Below, piece by piece: positions 58,562 through 64,000 of a stretch of DNA of 64,000 bases (position 1 is the first letter of the stretch; every line of letters starts with the position of its first letter). The DNA is taken from NCBI GenBank assembly GCA_037310415.1, contig CP147780.1, forward strand, positions 1,760,001-1,824,000, in the 5' to 3' direction. The notes under the pieces were generated by a model, which did not search any database, was not told the DNA's origin, and saw nothing but the letters and a program-made list of their open reading frames with translations. The position numbers and the translations under genes are program-made. The DNA is from Candidatus Atabeyarchaeum deiterrae (lineage in GTDB: Archaea; Asgardarchaeota; Atabeyarchaeia; Atabeyarchaeales; Atabeyarchaeaceae).

Positions 58562-60685
58562 TCACGGGTCATTGGGATTCAGTAACTTCAGCATTTTGCT
58601 TGCGTCTGTCGTTGGTAAGCTGCACTTGTAATCTCTGCAAACGTAAGCTGTGGCTTTGCCTTCTTTGCTCACCAAGTCGATTGTGAATTCAGCGAGTGCA
58701 GTTAACTCCACGTTTTCCTCTTCGGTAGGTTTGAAGATCACTACCTTGTTTGGTAGAAAGTTACCCCTAACAGCTTTGAGCAAACCTTCTGTATCCTTGG
58801 CGTCGCTGCGTCCTACTATGACGACCTCACTTGTAGGCCCTATGGCAAAATCTACAGCTGTCAGCATCTGTGTGTAAGCAGAGGGCATCCCGAAAACAGC
58901 GCCGTATGCTGATTGCATAATCCCAGTGGCTTTCTGTTCGAAGTCAGTTCTCTCTGCCATGTGTGCGAGTCGAAGCAAGTTGAGTGTTGCGACAGAGTTG
59001 CCTGAAGGGTAAGGTCCATCATAGAACTCCTTCCTTCTAATGAAAGCCGTCTCGACATCATTCGCCGTCATGTAGAATGCTCCATTCCCCTCATCCCAAA
59101 AATGGCTCACCATTTGTTCAGTCAATTCAATTGCAGATTTCAAGTACTTTGCCTGGAAGGTTGTCTCATAGAGTTCTATGAGTCCCCAAACAAGAAACGC
59201 ATAGTCATCCAATAGGGCCGGTATAGCTGCCTCTCCGTCTTTGTAGCGATGGTAGAGTCTTCCCGTAGAATCAAGCATCTTGCTGAGAATGAAGTCAGCT
59301 GCGCCTTTGGCAGATTCACGGTATTCGGTCACTTCGAGAGATTGGGCTGCTTTGGCCAACGCCGCAATCATCAATCCATTCCAGTCTGTAAGGATCTTGT
59401 CGTCTTTGTTAGGATGCACGCGTTTTTCCCGAACAGCAAAAAGCTTACTTCTTGCCACCTCGATGAGGTTCGCTAGTTTATCCGTTGAGGTTCCTAGATC
59501 AGAGGCGATTTCTTGAGGTGGCTTCTTCATGTACATAATGTTGTCTGCCAACTTCTTAGTTGTGTTTTTGCTGAGATTTCCTTCTTCTTCTACGTTGAAG
59601 ACCTTAGCGACTAGTTTTGCTTCTTCATGGGAAAGTGTTTGGTCGATCTGGTGTTTGGTCCACAGGTAGAATGCCCCCTCTCTTCCTTCGTTGTCAGCAT
59701 CGATCGATGAGTAGAATCCACCTTCTGGCGAAGTCATGTCTCTTGAGACAAAAGTGAGAATATCATCGACAATCTCGAGGTATTCTCTTTTTCCAATAAC
59801 CTGGTAAGCTTCCGCGTATGCCATCGTAAGCATAGCTTGATCGTAAAGCATTTTCTCGAAGTGGGGAACGAACCAACTTCGATCGACGGAGTAACGGTGG
59901 AAGCCGAAGCCAATGTGGTCGTGGATGCCACCCAGATACATCGAGTCAAGTGTCTTCTCCACCATTTGTCGCGCTTTCTCAGACTTCTTGCGCTTACAGT
60001 AGCGGAGTAAGAAGGTCAGATTGTGTGGCGTTGGGAACTTTGTCCCGCTGCCAAATCCTCCCCACATTTCGTCAAAATTCTCAAGCAGCAAATCATATGC
60101 CGCGTCAATCTCAGCCATTCCCACTTTTTCTTCTCCAAACGTGTCCGACTTCATTTCGGATCTTAGTAGATCCATCGTGAGTTCTCCAGCGGACTCTATA
60201 AGCTTGTTTCTGCTAGATGCCCAAAGTTCGCTGATTCGTGGGATCAGCTGTATCAACCCAACTCGTCCATACATATTGTCTCTCGGAATGTAAGTGGCAG
60301 CGTAGAAAGGTTTTCTCTCAGGCGTCATTATGATCGTGAGCGGCCACCCACTGCTGCCCGTCATCATTTCACAAGCCTTCATGTATGCGTTGTCAATGTC
60401 AGGCCTCTCCTCTCTATCAACCTTGATGCAGACAAATGATTCATTCAACAACCTGGCTACTTCAAGATCTTCGAATGACTCCTTCTCCATGACGTGGCAC
60501 CAATGACAGGCAGAGTAGCCAATTGAAAGGAAAATCGGTTTGTTTTCCTTTTTCGACTTGTCGAATGCTTCCTGTCCCCAAGGATACCAGTCTACAGGAT
60601 TGTGGGCATGTTGCAGCAAATATGGGCTCTTCTCATGGATTAGCCGGTTTGTTCCTTTGCTACTCGAGCCATCATGTGTGGCCAT
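58562..60685 (-). CDS. YyaL/SSP411 thioredoxin-domain protein (DUF255)
   Basis: [50 protein letters not shown]. Confidence 0.95.
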   Translation of the reverse strand: MATHDGSSSKGTNRLIHEKSPYLLQHAHNPVDWYPWGQEAFDKSKKENKPIFLSIGYSACHWCHVMEKESFEDLEVARLLNESFVCIKVDREERPDIDNAYMKACEMMTGSSGWPLTIIMTPERKPFYAATYIPRDNMYGRVGLIQLIPRISELWASSRNKLIESAGELTMDLLRSEMKSDTFGEEKVGMAEIDAAYDLLLENFDEMWGGFGSGTKFPTPHNLTFLLRYCKRKKSEKARQMVEKTLDSMYLGGIHDHIGFGFHRYSVDRSWFVPHFEKMLYDQAMLTMAYAEAYQVIGKREYLEIVDDILTFVSRDMTSPEGGFYSSIDADNEGREGAFYLWTKHQIDQTLSHEEAKLVAKVFNVEEEGNLSKNTTKKLADNIMYMKKPPQEIASDLGTSTDKLANLIEVARSKLFAVREKRVHPNKDDKILTDWNGLMIAALAKAAQSLEVTEYRESAKGAADFILSKMLDSTGRLYHRYKDGEAAIPALLDDYAFLVWGLIELYETTFQAKYLKSAIELTEQMVSHFWDEGNGAFYMTANDVETAFIRRKEFYDGPYPSGNSVATLNLLRLAHMAERTDFEQKATGIMQSAYGAVFGMPSAYTQMLTAVDFAIGPTSEVVIVGRSDAKDTEGLLKAVRGNFLPNKVVIFKPTEEENVELTALAEFTIDLVSKEGKATAYVCRDYKCSLPTTDASKMLKLLNPNDP

Positions 60686-60738
60686 GGGTATTCCACCTGC
60701 TGCCAGATGCTTTGGCCAACTTCCAGAAGGTTCGGTCT

Positions 60739-61572
60739 CTATCGTCTGATCGATCGTGTGGTCCTACGACTTCGAATGCTATTCATGAAGATGCAGATAT
60801 TGAATGGCAGGATCGTGCTGTCGATCCCAATTCTCTCTTCTGTATACTCGACTGGTGCGTCTCTCACTAGTACGAATGGAACTCTCTCATCGGCTTCACC
60901 CATAAGTAGTTTTGCTGCGGAGGCGATGTCATCGATAACTGATTGAAAGGTTACACGCAGTGATCTGCCATAGAGATCCTTCCTGCCAACATAATTCTTC
61001 AAGGGTTTCAATCCCGCAAAGCCGAGTGCAACGCCTATGGTTCCTCTTCTACCTGGCAGTAACCCAGAATCGGCGACGACAACGGCAACCCTTTTCCCAG
61101 TACTATCGATAATTCTCTCCCGCATCAGCCGGGCGGATTCATCAGCATCGTCTGGCGGCAATGTGAACGAGTCGATTGGGGAATTGGCAGAGTCGATACA
61201 TGCGTTGACGCATGGAAAGCCCTTCCTGACCGCAAGAATAAAGCCAGGTGATCCGCCGACGATGGAGTCAGACTCGCCCAAGATTAGCTGCATCAGCGCT
61301 GGGGTGACTTTGTTTTTGGTTGCAAGCTTGGTCGCCTCTTTTGTCACTTTGACGTCTGAGACCCTGCGTACTTTGCCTTCAACGAGTCCGACGACCTTCG
61401 ATGCCACAACTACCACGTCGCCGTCGTTCAAAGTCAATCCATTCCTCTTAAGCGCGCTGATGAACACTTGAGCCAAGTCATCATGCTCGGCAATAAGAGA
61501 GGTTTCCACCGGGAATAACTCCATCGGGCTTCTTGTCAAGGTGATACACCTGCCGGTTAAACCATCATTCAT
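60739..61572 (-). CDS. cofE: Coenzyme F420-0:L-glutamate ligase
   Basis: [37 protein letters not shown]. Confidence 0.88.
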   Translation of the reverse strand: MNDGLTGRCITLTRSPMELFPVETSLIAEHDDLAQVFISALKRNGLTLNDGDVVVVASKVVGLVEGKVRRVSDVKVTKEATKLATKNKVTPALMQLILGESDSIVGGSPGFILAVRKGFPCVNACIDSANSPIDSFTLPPDDADESARLMRERIIDSTGKRVAVVVADSGLLPGRRGTIGVALGFAGLKPLKNYVGRKDLYGRSLRVTFQSVIDDIASAAKLLMGEADERVPFVLVRDAPVEYTEERIGIDSTILPFNICIFMNSIRSRRTTRSIRR

Positions 61573-61782
61573 TCTTCTTTTATTGATTTTCCATACAACC
61601 TACCTGCAGACGGAGGGGAAGTCATGTGTTGAACATCTCGGGTGTATTGCGAAGATCGCACTTTCCACCAAATCCTTTTAGAGAGAGTCAGCTTATTCTG
61701 TTCGCTTGTCACCCGAGGCAGGAAAACATCTCTATGTTATACTGCCTAAACCAAAACGTCTGCTTGAGGTGAATTAGGTCAA

Positions 61783-62253
61783 ATGACTCGAACGCTAAAC
61801 CCCATGTTTACGGCAATTGGCGTCTGTTCGCTATTGAGTTCGTTGGATAAAATGGGGATAACCCCAACGTTGATAGCGCGTCAAGCCTCCAAAGTGATTG
61901 GACCAGTGCTAGCTGATTTTGGAAAGATGACTTTGGGACCAGGCAAAGAGATGCGCGCAACAAACTTGGACGAATTCGTTGCAGGTCTCAGAATAGCTGC
62001 ACAGGTAGGTGGATTAGCAGACCCCCAAGCAGTGGAAGCTAGCCAATCCAACCAGGAGATCACCATAAAGTGGTCCGATTGCGGATTGAAAGACATGGTC
62101 TACGCTGGGAAACTATTCGGTTATAGCAGTTGTCCGCTGTGTCTCCCAGGCGTCATAATAGTAGGTTTGCTAGACGTATTTCACATGGCCGAGATTCGTG
62201 AAATGAAAGTTGAGAAGAGCGGAAACACTTGCTTAATACACGTATCATCGTAG
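61783..62253 (+). CDS. V4R-like small-molecule-binding protein
   Basis: Spaced Cys pattern (SDC, CPLC, TC) at the end of an alpha/beta protein; GAGGTGA RBS. Confidence 0.5.
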   Translation: MTRTLNPMFTAIGVCSLLSSLDKMGITPTLIARQASKVIGPVLADFGKMTLGPGKEMRATNLDEFVAGLRIAAQVGGLADPQAVEASQSNQEITIKWSDCGLKDMVYAGKLFGYSSCPLCLPGVIIVGLLDVFHMAEIREMKVEKSGNTCLIHVSS

Positions 62254-62426
62254 TCACCAGAAGCAGCATCGCGGCATACGCGCTCGCGTTGTCAGTCGGG
62301 ATCGGCGAGGAGAACCTGCCATGAGAAGCTTGCTGAATTCACCTCCCTGGGAAAGATAAGAAAGAGGGGCGTACGGTCTGGCATTGAGCGACTAATTCTT
62401 GTCCCGTGTTCTATACTTCACATTTC

Positions 62427-62750
62427 TTACTTGGATCGAGCCTTCCTGGACTTCTCAGCTCGGGCAGGTACAACCTTCCCATGCTCTAGCTCGTCCCAAT
62501 CTGGTAATTCCAAGGCATTCGAAGAGAAAAGTTCGACTTTTCCCCACTTCGGGCACGCATAGACTATAAACGGTACAGTGTCTTCTCCCAGTTCCGCCAA
62601 TTGACCAAATATGGCTCCGAGCGCACCACTTCTTCCACCCGTCCTGAACTTGACCGTTCCAAAAGAACGCATTTTGACTTTGCAGTCACGACAGATCACT
62701 CCAGAATCGATCACAGCCAAAACGTCACCACCCTCCGAACCAGAACTCAA
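62427..62750 (-). CDS. Small zinc-ribbon protein with Gly-rich loop (last Cys replaced by Trp)
   Basis: CRDC...RTGG.SG....FGQL.ELGE...YACPKWGKVELF. Confidence 0.55.
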   Translation of the reverse strand: MSSGSEGGDVLAVIDSGVICRDCKVKMRSFGTVKFRTGGRSGALGAIFGQLAELGEDTVPFIVYACPKWGKVELFSSNALELPDWDELEHGKVVPARAEKSRKARSK

Positions 62751-62979
62751 GGAGCTGGAAAAATCGCTCTCAACAGGAAGTCGTTCCTCAACATCATTAG
62801 CAGATCATGCAGAATGCGAGCAGCACAGATAAGGTTTTTGCGTTGCTTCGGTCTGTGTGCGTTCCCCTAAAAGGGAAAGCCAAAATAACATCACACCTGA
62901 AGACTCAATTTCAAATCTGGGTCAGATCAGGCAACGTCGGGCAAAGAGTATAAATAACACTCTCGATTGAGTACCGTTC

Positions 62980-63945
62980 ATGGAAATCAAAGAGATTAAT
63001 TTGAGAGAGTTGAATCCAAGGAGATTCATTGAGGAGAAACTACAGGAGATCCAAGCATCTGTCGTTGATGGAGTAGCTGTCAATGCATTGTCTGGAGGAG
63101 TAGATTCTTCGACAGTGACCATGCTAGGCCACAGAGCACTTGGGGATCGGCTGAAAACAGTCTTCATTGAAAACGGGTTGATGCGCGAAGGCGAGCCCAA
63201 TCAAGTGATCTGCACATTTGAGGAAATGGGCGTGAAGGTCGAACTGATCAATGCAAAGGATCAGTTCTTCGCCGCGCTCAAGGGAGTAACGGACCCAGAA
63301 GAGAAGAGAGAGGCAATTACACAGACATTCTACAAAGAAGTGTTTGGCAAGATCGTTAGGGAAAGCGGAGCCAAGTTTCTACTTCAAGGAACCAACTACA
63401 CGGATGTTGAAGAAACCGTTGCAAAGATCAAGAGACAACACAATGTCCTAGAACAACTTGGAATTGACACGCAAGAACAGTTCGGGTACAAAGTGATTGA
63501 ACCCATAATTCAACTTAGAAAAGATGCTGTGAGAGTTGTAGCAAAGAAGCTTGGACTACCAATGGAAATATGGAGCAGAATGCCCTTCCCAGGACCAGCT
63601 CTAGCTGCAAGAGTGATTGGCGAAGTCACGCCAGAAAGAATCGAGATCGTGAGAAAAGCCACAGCAATCGTCGAACAGGAACTTGCAAAAGTAGATGCGT
63701 TCCAGTACTTTGCCATCTTGCACGAGGATAAAGTTACTGGAATGAGAGATGGCAAGAGAGATTTCGGGTACCAGATCGAAGTGAGATGTTGGGATAGTGT
63801 CGACGCGACCTCTGCAACTCCGACCAATCTTCCATACAAGGTTCTGGAGAAACTTGCTGACAGAATGACAGGTGAGGTTCCTGGAGTTGTGAGCATGACT
63901 TACAATATGGCTAGAAAGCCCCCCTCAACGATGGAAGCAGTCTGA
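62980..63945 (+). CDS. guaAB: GMP synthase ATP-pyrophosphatase subunit B
   Basis: SGGVDS PP-loop, DPEEKR, IK.QHNV, PFPGP.LA, KPPSTME. Confidence 0.93.
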   Translation: MEIKEINLRELNPRRFIEEKLQEIQASVVDGVAVNALSGGVDSSTVTMLGHRALGDRLKTVFIENGLMREGEPNQVICTFEEMGVKVELINAKDQFFAALKGVTDPEEKREAITQTFYKEVFGKIVRESGAKFLLQGTNYTDVEETVAKIKRQHNVLEQLGIDTQEQFGYKVIEPIIQLRKDAVRVVAKKLGLPMEIWSRMPFPGPALAARVIGEVTPERIEIVRKATAIVEQELAKVDAFQYFAILHEDKVTGMRDGKRDFGYQIEVRCWDSVDATSATPTNLPYKVLEKLADRMTGEVPGVVSMTYNMARKPPSTMEAV

Positions 63946-64000
63946 ACGGCGAAATGATAAGAGCTTGGCAATTGACTGTAGTGGACGCGATGTCACGCGT

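Overview
This is archaeal chromosomal DNA, most likely from an Asgard archaeon. That assignment is an inference from a TPR-longin protein, four RING-type zinc-finger proteins, a Roco GTPase, V4R-like proteins and GGAGGTGA-type ribosome-binding sites. Most of the window is anaerobic metabolism and redox housekeeping: a corrinoid/methyltransferase pair, two FprA, rubrerythrin, a ferredoxin:disulfide reductase with glutaredoxin, a 2-oxoacid:ferredoxin oxidoreductase, malic enzyme, a four-gene group 3b [NiFe]-hydrogenase, cofE, arfB, nth and GMP synthase B. Five things stand out. (1) A ~9 kb conflict/defence-like island (about 45.0-53.9 kb) contains five small co-oriented helix+HTH genes followed by a restriction-fold nuclease; this is my best candidate for an undescribed system. 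(2) The same island encodes a WD40-Roc-COR-TIR protein with an A9 tract exactly in front of the TIR domain, flanked by two more PD-(D/E)XK nucleases. (3) Four zinc-ribbon + RING-variant proteins have swappable N-termini (TPR or a two-helix membrane hairpin) and look like E3 ligases. (4) A ~270 bp highly structured IS200/IS605-like non-autonomous element, a candidate stand-alone omega-RNA cassette, sits in the hydrogenase operon. (5) Two features are missing from the ORF track: a phytol/dolichol-kinase-like gene at the left edge and a wrbA pseudogene fragment. I found no rRNA, tRNA, CRISPR array, integrase or transposase. All family calls come from visual motif recognition, not database searches.
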